NCBI GenBank assembly: GCA_011174825.1 | Contig: DUEZ01000065.1 | Coordinates: 4,151 to 68,150 of the forward strand | DNA from: Anaerolineae bacterium | GTDB lineage: Bacteria > Chloroflexota > Anaerolineae > Anaerolineales > E44-bin32 | Direction of reading: 5' to 3' | DNA length: 64,000 nucleotides | Shown here: one piece after another, positions 9,692-19,759 of the stretch | Numbering within the stretch: position 1 is the stretch's first letter | How the letters are laid out: each line of letters opens with the position of its first letter | Notes under the pieces: model-generated | Databases searched by the model: none | What the model was told of the DNA's origin: nothing | Seen by the model: the letters and a program-made list of their open reading frames with translations, nothing else | Program-made: the position numbers and the translations under genes

Positions 9692-9852
9692 ATCACGTAG
9701 TACAGGGTATTCTCGCTGTCCATGGGCATGGCTTTTGAGACAGCCCCTATCCTGACCTTTTCATCAAAGATCCGTATGTATGCAGAAATCCGTACGCCCA
9801 TCCAATGGCTTTCCCATGATATAGGCGTTCAAGATTTGAGGTTATTAATCCT

Positions 9853-10482
9853 TCACTCCATACTTTTAATAATGATCTCGCTAGCTAACCTAGCGCCTAT
9901 CCCTGGAAGGAGACCACACTTTTCGAAACCACCCGCCATCGCGAAGGCTTCCATATTCTCTGGGCTGGCCGCAGGATCCATGTAACGTCCGAATACAACG
10001 TCTTCCTGTAACTTGGGGCAGATTACAGAACCCACCTCATCCTCGAAACGGGGCATAAATTGCCGGGCAGCCATGATGGTTGCGCCAACAGTCTCGTAAT
10101 CCAGCACATCCTCGCTTCCGAAATAAAGTCCAAGGGCAATTAGGCCACCGGTGACGCCTCCACACATCCAACCGGTCCCGCCAAAACCGGGAAACGGGGA
10201 CATGGCTTTGACGATCTCCATATTACCCAGACCGAACTCCTCCATCACGGCAAGCGCTGTACCTCGAGCGCAATTACGGGCGATGAAGTTGTATTCCTCA
10301 CCCCGCCGCTGAACTCGATCGAGGATCTGCTCTTTATTGGCCAATATCTCTTGGGGGTCAAGTACCTTCTTGGGAATCCCTTCCTCATACAGTTTCTTAA
10401 CTCTGGCTTCAAGAGCTGGCACATCCCAATCTCTTTCAGCCAATTCCTGCACTCTTGCTTTTAATGCCTCATAGTCTGCCAT
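9853..10482 (-). CDS. C_GCAxxG_C_C family protein (putative redox-active Cys protein)
   Basis: The 209-aa ORF has the cysteine pattern NCARG...WMCGGVTGG...CPKL...EKCG, in the order of the family signature as I remember it. Confidence 0.65.
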   Translation of the reverse strand: MADYEALKARVQELAERDWDVPALEARVKKLYEEGIPKKVLDPQEILANKEQILDRVQRRGEEYNFIARNCARGTALAVMEEFGLGNMEIVKAMSPFPGFGGTGWMCGGVTGGLIALGLYFGSEDVLDYETVGATIMAARQFMPRFEDEVGSVICPKLQEDVVFGRYMDPAASPENMEAFAMAGGFEKCGLLPGIGARLASEIIIKSME

Positions 10483-10572
10483 AGCTTGATCGCCTCCTTT
10501 GGGTGCTCGTCCTACGAATTCCGCTACTTAGCGAATGGCAGTCATACAAAAAATCTATGATCTAGTCACCAA

Positions 10573-12012
10573 CTAGAACGGGAAATGGTGTTCCGATTTC
10601 TCGATCGTGACCCACTTGATCTGAGTCAGTTGTCCGACGGAATAGAAACCACCTTCCCGACCTTGGCCGCTTTCCTTGAAACCACCGAAGGGGACAGATG
10701 CCTCCGCGTCAATGGAAGCGTTGCCCACATGAACCATCCCGGCTTCGAGGCCTTCCGCGAGGAAAATGGCTTTTTGCAGATCCCGGGTGATGACACCTGA
10801 AGAGAGACCATACGTGGTATCGTTGGCAACTTCCAGCGCTTCTGTTTCATCCTTGACGGCGATAATCGGAGCAACAGGTCCAAAGGTCTCCTCGCGATAG
10901 ACCAGCATGTCTTTGGTGATGTTCTTAAGCACAGTGGCCTCGTAGACACGCCCTTCGTATTTTCCTCCAGCAAGGAGCTCGGCACCCTTGGAAACGGCAT
11001 CCTTCACATGGGAATCGACCTTCTGTACCGCTCCGTCGTTGATGAGTGGACCAATGACCGTCTCCGGAATGCTAGGATCTCCCGCTGGCAGGGACGCAGC
11101 CTTTTCCGCTAATTTCGTCGCAAACTCATCGACGATCGACTGCTCCACAATCACTCGGCCAACGGACATGCAGATCTGCCCTTGATGCATGAATACGCCA
11201 AAGGCAGCCGCATCTACGGCGTAGTCGATATCCGCATCACCAAGGACGATGAGCGGGTTCTTCCCACCCAACTCGAGGACATACGGTTTCAACTTTGCAG
11301 CGGCCCTTTGGGCTACATGACGGCCGGTCTCGGTCTGACCCGTGAGGGTCACAAAAGAACAGCGGTCATCATCGATAAGCGCATTTCCAAGCACACTCCC
11401 AGGGCCCGTTACCACGTTGAGAGCTCCAGGAAGCAAGCCCGCCCGTTCGAAAAGCTCGCCGATCTTGAGGCCGATGACTGGTGTGTCGCTCGCCGGTTTG
11501 AAGACGACTGTATTCCCCGTCGCCAAACCATAAGCCACCTTGTACATAGACAGGATAAGCGGGAAGTTCCAAGGTGAGATGGCCACAATTGTGCCCCATG
11601 GTGACCGAAGGCTCATGGAGAGCTTCGTCGGATCGGTGTGAAAAGTTTCACCGAGGATGCGTTTGCCGTCGGCCGCTGCTGTTGCGAGCAGGTCCACTGT
11701 TTGAGAGATCTCAAACATGCATTTGCCAAATGTGCCCCCTCCTTCACCGGTGAGCACTTCGGCAAACTCCATTCGGCTCTCTTCGAGGATATGACCGGCC
11801 TTGGCGATAATCAGTGCCCGATCGAACGACGACGTCGAGGACCAAGGTTTCCGTGCGGCATAGGCGGCTGCCATCGCCCGATCCGCATCCTTTTCGTCAC
11901 CTTTTTGTACACGAGCGTAAACTTCCCCGGTATATGGATTGAGATCATCAAAGGTTTCACCAGATACGGAATCCACCCACTCCCCATTGATAAACATCTG
12001 ATAAGTTTTCAT
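10573..12012 (-). CDS. NAD(P)-dependent aldehyde dehydrogenase
   Basis: The 479-aa ORF has the ALDH motifs FKPASDTP, GPGSVLG, the LELGGKNP catalytic Glu region, the QGQICMSVGR catalytic Cys region and EETFGPV. Confidence 0.9.
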   Translation of the reverse strand: MKTYQMFINGEWVDSVSGETFDDLNPYTGEVYARVQKGDEKDADRAMAAAYAARKPWSSTSSFDRALIIAKAGHILEESRMEFAEVLTGEGGGTFGKCMFEISQTVDLLATAAADGKRILGETFHTDPTKLSMSLRSPWGTIVAISPWNFPLILSMYKVAYGLATGNTVVFKPASDTPVIGLKIGELFERAGLLPGALNVVTGPGSVLGNALIDDDRCSFVTLTGQTETGRHVAQRAAAKLKPYVLELGGKNPLIVLGDADIDYAVDAAAFGVFMHQGQICMSVGRVIVEQSIVDEFATKLAEKAASLPAGDPSIPETVIGPLINDGAVQKVDSHVKDAVSKGAELLAGGKYEGRVYEATVLKNITKDMLVYREETFGPVAPIIAVKDETEALEVANDTTYGLSSGVITRDLQKAIFLAEGLEAGMVHVGNASIDAEASVPFGGFKESGQGREGGFYSVGQLTQIKWVTIEKSEHHFPF

Positions 12013-12046
12013 CGCAGCTCCTTTCTAAAAAACGGTTTGGCTTGGT

Positions 12047-12130
12047 TTACAATCGTAAAACCGGCTTCGTCACATGTCCCTGCTTAATTGCTTCCACCGT
12101 CTGGTTGATTTCATCAACAAGATAGCTCAG
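12047..12130 (-). pseudogene. Remnant of the last ~27 codons of a Zn-alcohol dehydrogenase paralog
   Basis: The translation LSYLVDEINQTVEAIKQGHVTKPVLRL* matches the C-terminus of the ADH at 13803-14900 (ITFYPFDDINQAVEDMEKGRVIKPVLRL*). It lies directly downstream of the CocE-like gene stop. Confidence 0.5.
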
Positions 12131-12134
12131 GGTC

Positions 12135-13769
12135 CTAGGTTTGGACCGGCAAGATAATCGCCGACGGGTGTGCCGGGTCATGAAAGACAGTCTGATCCGC
12201 GGCGCGCAACGTCTGGGCTGTTGCCAATGGCTCGCCACTCCCGGGATTGCGCGCCCAACGTGGATGCGCCCCGCTCGACACCTGTACCCGGATTCGGTGG
12301 CCACGCTTGAAGCGGTATGCCGTAGGCCACAGATCGATGCTGACGCGGAGCGTGCCATCCGACTCGCGCGGAGGCCTGCCAGGGATCAACCGCACCAGGG
12401 CATCACTGATATTGATTGACTTGCCCGAGGGATGCACATCGCAGAGACGCGCAAAGAAGTCGGTGTGTTCGAGGCTCGACTTCACGAACAGATCCGCTTG
12501 GACAGGACCGATCACTTCCATGTCGCGGTCGAGGACGGCGCTGGTGTAGACCAGGACGTCCGGTCGCGCTTCCAGCGCGCGCTGGTCTTTAGGCCCCGAG
12601 TTGGCGCTCATGGCGGCTCCGCCCAATCCGGGCGTTGGATACGCCGGGTCATAGCGGTAGCGATCCGGCTCCGAGTCGGGCGGCGTTTCCGAGGAGAGGA
12701 AACGATTCGGGTGCAAGTACCAGCGCTGCGGTCTCGAATTGGCCGGCGGCCACTCCGGCAGGTCCCGCCACTCGTTCGCTCCCATCACAAAGATGCGCAC
12801 CGGCATCTCGCGCAACCCACTCCGATCACCAAGGAGATGGGCCTGGAACCAGGCAAGCGCCTCTTTGAGCGACACACCCATGTACCGCAAGTTAGTATGC
12901 GTCCAGGGGCCAATGGTCAAGTAGGGCTGGCGACCGGCACGTACTAGCGCCAAGTAGTCTCGAAGAGTCTGGCGCAGGAAAAGGTCGTACCAGCCGCCTC
13001 CCATGTGGTTAGGCGCCGTCACTTGAGAGACCGTTCCACTGAAATCGCTCCGTGTCCACCATTCGTCGCCAGGCTCGTTGTGCTCTAACCATTCGCGCCA
13101 GAACTGCACCGGCCTGCCCAGCACCATCTCATCCACCTCAATCAGCGGCAGATGCCAGAAGGCTGGCCGTAACTTCTTGTCTCCCGAGAGCATGCCCATG
13201 AGGACACCCAACGGCGATCCTTCCTGCGTCATGATCTGGTTCGTCCAGCCAAAACTCGATTCGAACCAGAGGGACTCGCCCGGATAAGTCACCGTGCGGA
13301 ACTCGGCGCTCGTGACCCATGTTGACATCGCTTCGAGTACCGACCCCGCTTCTTTGGCAATCGCCCACTCGACAAAGCCAAGATAGCTCGCACCGAAGGT
13401 GACCAGCTCGCCGTTGAACCAATCCTGCTTCTTCATCCACTCGACGGTCGCTAATCCGTCAGCTCGCTCTTGATGAAAGGGGTCCAGTTGGCCGCCCGAA
13501 CCGAATGTGCCACGGCAACTCTGGATGAAGACCTGAAAGCCGCGCTCGGCGAAAGGCCGACCGAACAAGAGGCCCCATATGCTCCGTCTGCCGTACGGCG
13601 AACGGATCAAGATAGTCGGAGGCTTGCCTTTGTCCGGATAATAGTGGTCGGCGAGTAAGACGACCTCATCGGGCATGGGTACCTTGACATCCCGTTCGAT
13701 CGCGATCTTATACGTTTCAGCTGTCGGCAGATCGAACAGCCTTCCGATGAGGCGACTGGAGATGCTCAC
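12135..13769 (-). CDS. CocE/NonD family (S15 X-Pro dipeptidyl-peptidase-like) alpha/beta hydrolase
   Basis: The 544-aa ORF has the nucleophile-elbow context GASYLGF and a C-terminal beta-sandwich typical of the family. Its GC content is visibly higher than both neighbours, which produces many spurious antisense ORFs. Confidence 0.8.
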   Translation of the reverse strand: MSISSRLIGRLFDLPTAETYKIAIERDVKVPMPDEVVLLADHYYPDKGKPPTILIRSPYGRRSIWGLLFGRPFAERGFQVFIQSCRGTFGSGGQLDPFHQERADGLATVEWMKKQDWFNGELVTFGASYLGFVEWAIAKEAGSVLEAMSTWVTSAEFRTVTYPGESLWFESSFGWTNQIMTQEGSPLGVLMGMLSGDKKLRPAFWHLPLIEVDEMVLGRPVQFWREWLEHNEPGDEWWTRSDFSGTVSQVTAPNHMGGGWYDLFLRQTLRDYLALVRAGRQPYLTIGPWTHTNLRYMGVSLKEALAWFQAHLLGDRSGLREMPVRIFVMGANEWRDLPEWPPANSRPQRWYLHPNRFLSSETPPDSEPDRYRYDPAYPTPGLGGAAMSANSGPKDQRALEARPDVLVYTSAVLDRDMEVIGPVQADLFVKSSLEHTDFFARLCDVHPSGKSINISDALVRLIPGRPPRESDGTLRVSIDLWPTAYRFKRGHRIRVQVSSGAHPRWARNPGSGEPLATAQTLRAADQTVFHDPAHPSAIILPVQT

Positions 13770-13802
13770 AATCCCTCGCTATCAGTGACAAATCTACTGG
13801 TG

Positions 13803-14900
13803 CTATAGTCGCAACACTGGTTTGATTACACGCCCCTTCTCCATATCTTCCACCGCCTGGTTAATGTCGTCGAAGGGATAGAAGGTGATCAAGCGGTCGA
13901 AGGGGAACCGCCCCTGGCTATACAATTCAATCAATTTCGGGATAAATAAATCTGCGATAGCATCGCCTCCCAGGATCCCCCTAACCGTTCTGCCGTTCAT
14001 GATCAGGTCCATATCCAGACTGACCTCCGTACCGGGAGGCACAACCCCGGTCAGTCCACAAACCCCGAGACGGGGGAGGACATCCACGGCTTGCCGAAAG
14101 ACCTGGGGGTTCCCGACACACTCAAGGCTATAATGTGGTCCTCCGCCAGTAAGTTCTCGGATCGCCTCAACCGGATCCGTCTTATCGGGGTTGATGGTAT
14201 GAGTCGCGCCCATTTCCTCTGCCAGTTTGAGACGTTCTGGGTTGGGATCCACACCGATAATGGTGGTACAACCGCACACGATCGATGCGAGAACCGCGCT
14301 CATCCCCACGTTGCCAATACCGAAAATCGCGATGGAAGATCCGGGTTCAGCATGAAATGAATTCATGACCGCACCGGCACCGGTCATAACGCCGCACCCC
14401 ATGGGGCCTAGAATCTCAAGCGGAACATCATCCCGCACCTTGACCACATTCCGTTCGTTGGCTAATGCGTAATTGGAGAATGAAGACTGACAGAAGAAGG
14501 AACCGTGGATGGCTTGATCACCCTTCCTCATGGTTGAGGTATCGTCTGGACGGGCGCCATGGAAATTGTGTAGGAAGAAATTCATACAATAGAGTTCCTT
14601 GCCCAACTTGCATGCGGTGCATGTCCCGCAGTAATCCCAGGCTAATACCACATGGTCGCCCGGTTTAACCTTAGTCACCCGCTCCCCTACCCTTTCAACC
14701 ACACCAGCACCTTCGTGTCCGAAGACACTCGGTGGCGGGGGGATCGGTAAGTGCATGTCCCGACCGGCCAGGTCGGTATGGCATATGCCAACGCCGACGA
14801 TCCGAACCAACACCTCATCATCGTTCGGATCACTGAGTTCTAATTTTTCAATACTGAATGTCCCCGATGGCTCCCAAATCACCGCGGCTTTGATTTCCAT
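13803..14900 (-). CDS. Zinc-dependent medium-chain alcohol dehydrogenase
   Basis: The 365-aa ORF has GICHTD, GHEGAG, the structural-zinc cysteines CGTCTACKLGKELYC, and the Rossmann motif GIGNVG. Confidence 0.9.
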   Translation of the reverse strand: MEIKAAVIWEPSGTFSIEKLELSDPNDDEVLVRIVGVGICHTDLAGRDMHLPIPPPPSVFGHEGAGVVERVGERVTKVKPGDHVVLAWDYCGTCTACKLGKELYCMNFFLHNFHGARPDDTSTMRKGDQAIHGSFFCQSSFSNYALANERNVVKVRDDVPLEILGPMGCGVMTGAGAVMNSFHAEPGSSIAIFGIGNVGMSAVLASIVCGCTTIIGVDPNPERLKLAEEMGATHTINPDKTDPVEAIRELTGGGPHYSLECVGNPQVFRQAVDVLPRLGVCGLTGVVPPGTEVSLDMDLIMNGRTVRGILGGDAIADLFIPKLIELYSQGRFPFDRLITFYPFDDINQAVEDMEKGRVIKPVLRL

Positions 14901-15103
14901 TTTTCACCTCCTCTTCATAGATGACCACTCACAACGGGTCATGACTTAAGCCATGACATCTTCAGGTGAACAGCGAGTAGGGATAAGCTAAACCACCATC
15001 CTGCGCCAATCAAATATATAGCCCTATCAGCTAGTGTTTCAATAACGAAGAGTTCGCGGTCAATCGCCTCTGAAGCACCCTGGTGAAAATCGAAATAGTT
15101 GCC

Positions 15104-15808
15104 TTAGAGCCCCAAATAGGCCTTTCTCACAAAATCGCTTTCGAGGAGCTCATCGCTAGCCCCTTCCAAACAGATTCGGCCATTCTCCAACACGTACGCT
15201 CGATCGGCTGTCTCAAGAGAATGGCGAACATTTTGTTCGATCAACAAAACGGTAATACCCTGGTCGCGGAGCTCTTTGATAATACGGAAGATATCTGACA
15301 CCAACCTCGGTGCTAATCCGTATGAAGGCTCATCTAATAGACATAGTTTGGGCTTGGACATTAAACCCCGACCGATGGCTAGCATTTGACGTTCACCACC
15401 GCTCAATGTTCTCGCTAATTGCCCCGCTCTTTCCTTCAGTATGGGGAAGACATGGTAGACCTGTTCCAACGTCTTTTCCTTCTGGCTCCAGGCGTGAGGA
15501 GGATAGGCACCCATCTCTAAATTTTCATACACCGACATCTCAGGAAAGACTTTTCCGCCTTCAGGGACATGGGAAATGCCCAATTCCACAATGGCGTGGG
15601 GCGGTAAACCGTCGATCCGCTTACCAAGGAACTCGATCGTGCCTGATTCCGGAGGATGCACGCCAGATATGGCGTTAAGCAGCGCAGTCTTTCCGGCTCC
15701 GTTTGATCCAATCAAGGCGACGATCTCTGATTCATTGACTTCCATACATACGTCCCACAACGCTTGTGTCATGTCGTAAGGAGTGGACACATCACATACT
15801 TCCAACAC
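15104..15808 (-). CDS. HAAT-family (Liv-type) ABC transporter ATP-binding protein, LivF-like
   Basis: It has Walker A GSNGAGKT, the signature LSGGERQ and Walker B LCLLDEPS. Confidence 0.9.
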   Translation of the reverse strand: MLEVCDVSTPYDMTQALWDVCMEVNESEIVALIGSNGAGKTALLNAISGVHPPESGTIEFLGKRIDGLPPHAIVELGISHVPEGGKVFPEMSVYENLEMGAYPPHAWSQKEKTLEQVYHVFPILKERAGQLARTLSGGERQMLAIGRGLMSKPKLCLLDEPSYGLAPRLVSDIFRIIKELRDQGITVLLIEQNVRHSLETADRAYVLENGRICLEGASDELLESDFVRKAYLGL

Positions 15809-15812
15809 GAGT

Positions 15813-16532
15813 CTATTCTCCTAGATAGGCCTCAATCACTGCCTTGCTGTTGGCAATCTCCGACGGCGTTCCCTCAGCGATCTTCTCACCGTGATGGAGA
15901 ACCATGATTCGGTCGCAAATGTTCATGATGGCTTTCATAACATGCTCGATCATAAAAATGGTGATCCCCATGAAACGTATCATAACGACCAATTCCATCA
16001 CCTCAGATACCTCAGTTGGATTTAAACCGGCCATCATCTCATCCAATAGAAGGAGCTGTGGTTTGGTCGCTAATGCCCTGGCCAGTTCGAGTCGTTTTCT
16101 GTTTGCTAGTGTCAAACTCTTGGCAGGTTCTTCAATCACATCTAACAAGCCCACGAACGCTAAGAGTCCTGCAGATTCTCCCTCTGCATCTGTAGCTGAT
16201 GGAGTGGTGGATCTCCCAAACGTTGAGCCTAAAAGGACATTCGCGAAAACCGGCATTTCGGGAAACACCTTGACCGATTGAAACGTCCTCGCTACCCCCT
16301 TCCTGCATATTCGATGTGGTTTTAAACCGGTGATCGTCTCTCTATTAAATTTGATCGTTCCGGACTTAGGGACCAGCGCCCCGGAAATTAAATTAAATAA
16401 GGTCGTTTTACCGGCACCGTTGGGTCCGATCAATCCGACGAGCTCGCCACGATCCACACTGAAATCTACATTAGAAACCGCGGCTAACCCACCAAAATAT
16501 TTCGTGATACCTTCACCTTCAAGGATTGGCAT
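15813..16532 (-). CDS. HAAT-family ABC transporter ATP-binding protein, LivG-like
   Basis: It has Walker A GPNGAGKTT and Walker B LLLLDEMMAG, and overlaps the upstream permease gene. Confidence 0.9.
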   Translation of the reverse strand: MPILEGEGITKYFGGLAAVSNVDFSVDRGELVGLIGPNGAGKTTLFNLISGALVPKSGTIKFNRETITGLKPHRICRKGVARTFQSVKVFPEMPVFANVLLGSTFGRSTTPSATDAEGESAGLLAFVGLLDVIEEPAKSLTLANRKRLELARALATKPQLLLLDEMMAGLNPTEVSEVMELVVMIRFMGITIFMIEHVMKAIMNICDRIMVLHHGEKIAEGTPSEIANSKAVIEAYLGE

Positions 16533-17469
16533 GCTGTTTCCCTTTACGTTTCTCTTGCCAATTATCTATTACCCCTGCTAGCCCGTCAGGGATGAAGAGG
16601 ATTACGATCAACAAGATGAGACCGAACGCGAGCATGTAGTAGTAGGGAAACTTGGTGATTAAGACTTCCTCCAAGTAGGCAAAGATTGCAGCGCCAACAA
16701 CAGGACCATAAAGCTGTCCCATACCACCAAATGCGGCCATCAAAACGACCATGAAAGAATAGAACGCCTTAAAAGCGATGTATGGATCAACATACGTCCA
16801 TCGTGTGGCCATAATGGCCCCTGTTGCCCCCATGAAGGAAGCGCTAACGGCAAAGGTAATGGTTTTCAAGGCATTGACATTCACGCCCGAGTGCGCTGCT
16901 GCATCCTCAAATTCTCCGATGCTCCAGAGTGCTAACCCATATTTAGAACGCCGTATCAAGTAAGCGGTGATCAGCAATACCACGAGAATAATGAGCATGG
17001 TGTGGTAAATCGTATTGTTGTCAACGAGGATAACAAAACGTCCCCGTGTGCCTGTAAATTTAATTTCATACCAAAGGAGAAGATGCTTGATGAGCTCAAC
17101 AAGCCCGAATGTGAATACGGTGAAATAGATGCCCCTCAACCTAAGGGTCAATGCACCGATGAGAAGAGCAAGGCAAGAGCTTAATAATGCGCCAATGAGG
17201 ATGACAAGCACTAAGGGTAATTCCGTCCCCAGACTCGCTGAAGTGTAAATACCAATCCCAAAGAAGGCTGCGGGTGCTAATGAAATATACCTGGTTGGAG
17301 CGGAAAAAATGACCCAACTCACAGTCAGGTTGATGTACATCAAGATGCTGGTAATGAGGATGACAGTATATATTGAGGCATAGAGGGTCAATGTAGACAT
17401 TAGACCCAGGATGACAAGAAGTGAGCCTGGGACCCATAATTTTCTAATATCAAGATTAGAAATTTTCAT
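16519..17469 (-). CDS. HAAT-family ABC transporter permease, LivM-like
   Basis: The 316-aa ORF is a polytopic hydrophobic protein, positioned between the LivH-like and LivG-like genes. Confidence 0.85.
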   Translation of the reverse strand: MKISNLDIRKLWVPGSLLVILGLMSTLTLYASIYTVILITSILMYINLTVSWVIFSAPTRYISLAPAAFFGIGIYTSASLGTELPLVLVILIGALLSSCLALLIGALTLRLRGIYFTVFTFGLVELIKHLLLWYEIKFTGTRGRFVILVDNNTIYHTMLIILVVLLITAYLIRRSKYGLALWSIGEFEDAAAHSGVNVNALKTITFAVSASFMGATGAIMATRWTYVDPYIAFKAFYSFMVVLMAAFGGMGQLYGPVVGAAIFAYLEEVLITKFPYYYMLAFGLILLIVILFIPDGLAGVIDNWQEKRKGKQHANP

Positions 17470-17472
17470 TGC

Positions 17473-18342
17473 CTACTTCCCCATAATCCCAGTTGGTCTA
17501 ACCAAGAGGAGAATGGTGAAAATAAGGTAGTAGGCCACCAGTGATAAGCCAGGGTCTATGTAGGTTACGATGCTACCAATGATCCCCAGCAGGAAGCCCC
17601 CAATGAAACTGCCCAGTATACTGCCCAAACCACCCAGGACCACCACAATGATGGCGATGACGGTATACTCGAGCCCCATCACCCCATGAACGGGGTAGAC
17701 CATGCTAATCAGCATACCGGCAATTGAAGCCAAAGCTGCACCAAATCCGAAGCATAATGCGAGCACATGGTTAATATTCACCCCCATGAGCCCCGCCGTG
17801 GTCGGATCTTGGGCCGCCGCCCTGATGGCTTTGCCCATGCGAGTGCGAGCTAAGAAAAGGTAGAAAGCCACCCCGATGACAATCGCAAACCCAGCGGTCA
17901 CGAGGCGATTGGCACCAAAGAGCGCACCACCAATATTCACTGGAAATGCCAAGTAGGAATATCCCCTGATTTCAGGCCCCCACGCGATCAAAGCTAAATT
18001 CTGAATGACAAAAAAGAGACCGAATGAAGCCAACATGGAATTAGCTTCAAAAATATCCGATGTTTCTGATGATGATAGAAGGTACCTGAACAACGTGCGG
18101 TGGAGAATGAAACCTAAGATGAATGCAAGGGGACCACAAACGGCGAGGGCTAACAATGGGTTTATGCCCAAGCTGCCTTGTAGTGTCCAAGTGGTTAAAG
18201 CCCCGAGCATGATAAATTCGCCATGAGAGATGTTAAGTATTCTGGCAACACCGTACTGCAGGCTGAGCCCCATGGCGATCAAGGCATAAAGACCACCTAG
18301 CAATAACCCTGCGATCACAATCTCTAGGAAAGTTACAAACAT
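17473..18342 (-). CDS. HAAT-family ABC transporter permease, LivH-like
   Basis: The 289-aa ORF is a polytopic hydrophobic protein. Its stop is 3 nt from the start of the next permease gene. Confidence 0.85.
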   Translation of the reverse strand: MFVTFLEIVIAGLLLGGLYALIAMGLSLQYGVARILNISHGEFIMLGALTTWTLQGSLGINPLLALAVCGPLAFILGFILHRTLFRYLLSSSETSDIFEANSMLASFGLFFVIQNLALIAWGPEIRGYSYLAFPVNIGGALFGANRLVTAGFAIVIGVAFYLFLARTRMGKAIRAAAQDPTTAGLMGVNINHVLALCFGFGAALASIAGMLISMVYPVHGVMGLEYTVIAIIVVVLGGLGSILGSFIGGFLLGIIGSIVTYIDPGLSLVAYYLIFTILLLVRPTGIMGK

Positions 18343-18493
18343 AGCATTCGCTTCCCAGTAACGACGACCAAAGATGCAGGCTGCCTAAAGGATCCAGCAA
18401 TCACAACTTTCTAGGGCATCAACACCCACCGAGTTGTGCGGTATTTTAGGCAGCCTGCCTAGCTGCTCATTTTGTTGTCGATGAACGCAATGT

Positions 18494-19759
18494 CTACCCT
18501 TCTGCTGGAGGTGGCCACTCAGGCTTGGGGTAGACAAACTCTGCGGTAGCCTTGTCCTTCGGTCCGACGACCTCAAACACGCCGTTGATCCACTGACCAA
18601 TCTCACCAGGATGAGCATCCTTTGCCAGGAGCCCATTCTCGTACCACGTCGGGCCCAGGATCGTATCGAATGTCTCTGTGGCAAGCACATCCCTTATCGC
18701 GTCCTGATTGAGCGTTCCCGCCTTCTCAATGGCCGCCTTCCAAGTTTCTAAGGCTGCCCAGTAGAGCGGGTGCCCCCACCAATCCTGGATCTCTACAGGC
18801 GCGCCACCGTAAAGCTTGTCTGCAAAAGCAGCGAGTTCGGGGGAGGAACCGCGAGCAAAGGTCGTGAAACCGAGCAATCCCTCCGCCGCTGGACCAAATG
18901 CCGCCTGGAAAAAGCCGAAATTAACCCCAGGACCACCAACCCACGCCTTGGGATTATAGGCAAGGCCCATGGACGTCCCAACAGCAGGCATGACCTGATC
19001 GGGGTAGGCAAAGCAGCAGAAGACATCGGCTTCAGACGCTTTAGCCATGTTGATCACCGGTGCCAGGTCCTTGATGTCCGGGGGCAAACTCTTAACACCA
19101 AGAATCTCGATCCCCCTCTTCGGGAATTCAATACCCGCCACACCGGAATACTCTATGCCGTGGAGGTCAGCTATGTAGGCTACAAAGGCCGACTTCGCGC
19201 CCTTATCGGCAAGAATGTCGGCTAGAACGGGCAGCTCGTACCAGTCGGAAAAACTCAGGGAAATGAACACATAGGGTAGGCTGGGAAGCATGGGCATGAT
19301 CGTCGTGCCACCGCCTTCCGCCGTGACGAGGACATAGCCGTACTTGTTGGCAATCGGAGCCTGGGCATAGATGAAAGCAGTACCACAGGCAGGCCACAGA
19401 AAGTCAACTTTGTCCTCCACGATCAGCTTTTCCGTCAGCCTGGTCATCGTGCCCACATCACTGGTATCATCGTAGATCAGCAACTCGATGGGCAATTTCT
19501 TGCCATATTCCTCCACGTAGATCCCACCATCGGCATTAACCTCTGCAACCCATGCATCATAGATCGGTTTGAATGCCGAGTCCCCGATGACGGCTAACGG
19601 GCCCGAGAGAGGTCGTGACATGCCAACAACGATCTTGTCCTTGGGTACCTCGGTCGGGGTCTCTTCTGCCGCTGGGGCGCATGACGCTGCGACCAATCCA
19701 GCACCGGTGACCGCTGCGCCGCGTATGAAATCACGACGTGTAATTCGTTTCTCGCTCAT
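18494..19759 (-). CDS. Liv-type periplasmic/extracytoplasmic substrate-binding lipoprotein (ligand unknown)
   Basis: I prefer the ATG at 19759 (MSEKRITRRDFIRGAAVTGAGLVAASC, a Tat motif plus lipobox) because an AAGGAGGAG RBS precedes it. The body resembles type-I Leu/Ile/Val-binding-protein-like SBPs. Confidence 0.8.
   Translation of the reverse strand: MSEKRITRRDFIRGAAVTGAGLVAASCAPAAEETPTEVPKDKIVVGMSRPLSGPLAVIGDSAFKPIYDAWVAEVNADGGIYVEEYGKKLPIELLIYDDTSDVGTMTRLTEKLIVEDKVDFLWPACGTAFIYAQAPIANKYGYVLVTAEGGGTTIMPMLPSLPYVFISLSFSDWYELPVLADILADKGAKSAFVAYIADLHGIEYSGVAGIEFPKRGIEILGVKSLPPDIKDLAPVINMAKASEADVFCCFAYPDQVMPAVGTSMGLAYNPKAWVGGPGVNFGFFQAAFGPAAEGLLGFTTFARGSSPELAAFADKLYGGAPVEIQDWWGHPLYWAALETWKAAIEKAGTLNQDAIRDVLATETFDTILGPTWYENGLLAKDAHPGEIGQWINGVFEVVGPKDKATAEFVYPKPEWPPPAEG

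Noticed and set aside
12141-13658. Multiple long plus-strand ORFs inside the CocE/NonD gene
   Set aside because: They are antisense ORFs of the kind expected in a GC-rich gene. Their products are Arg/Ala/Pro-rich and lack motifs. The minus-strand hydrolase frame is the one with family features.
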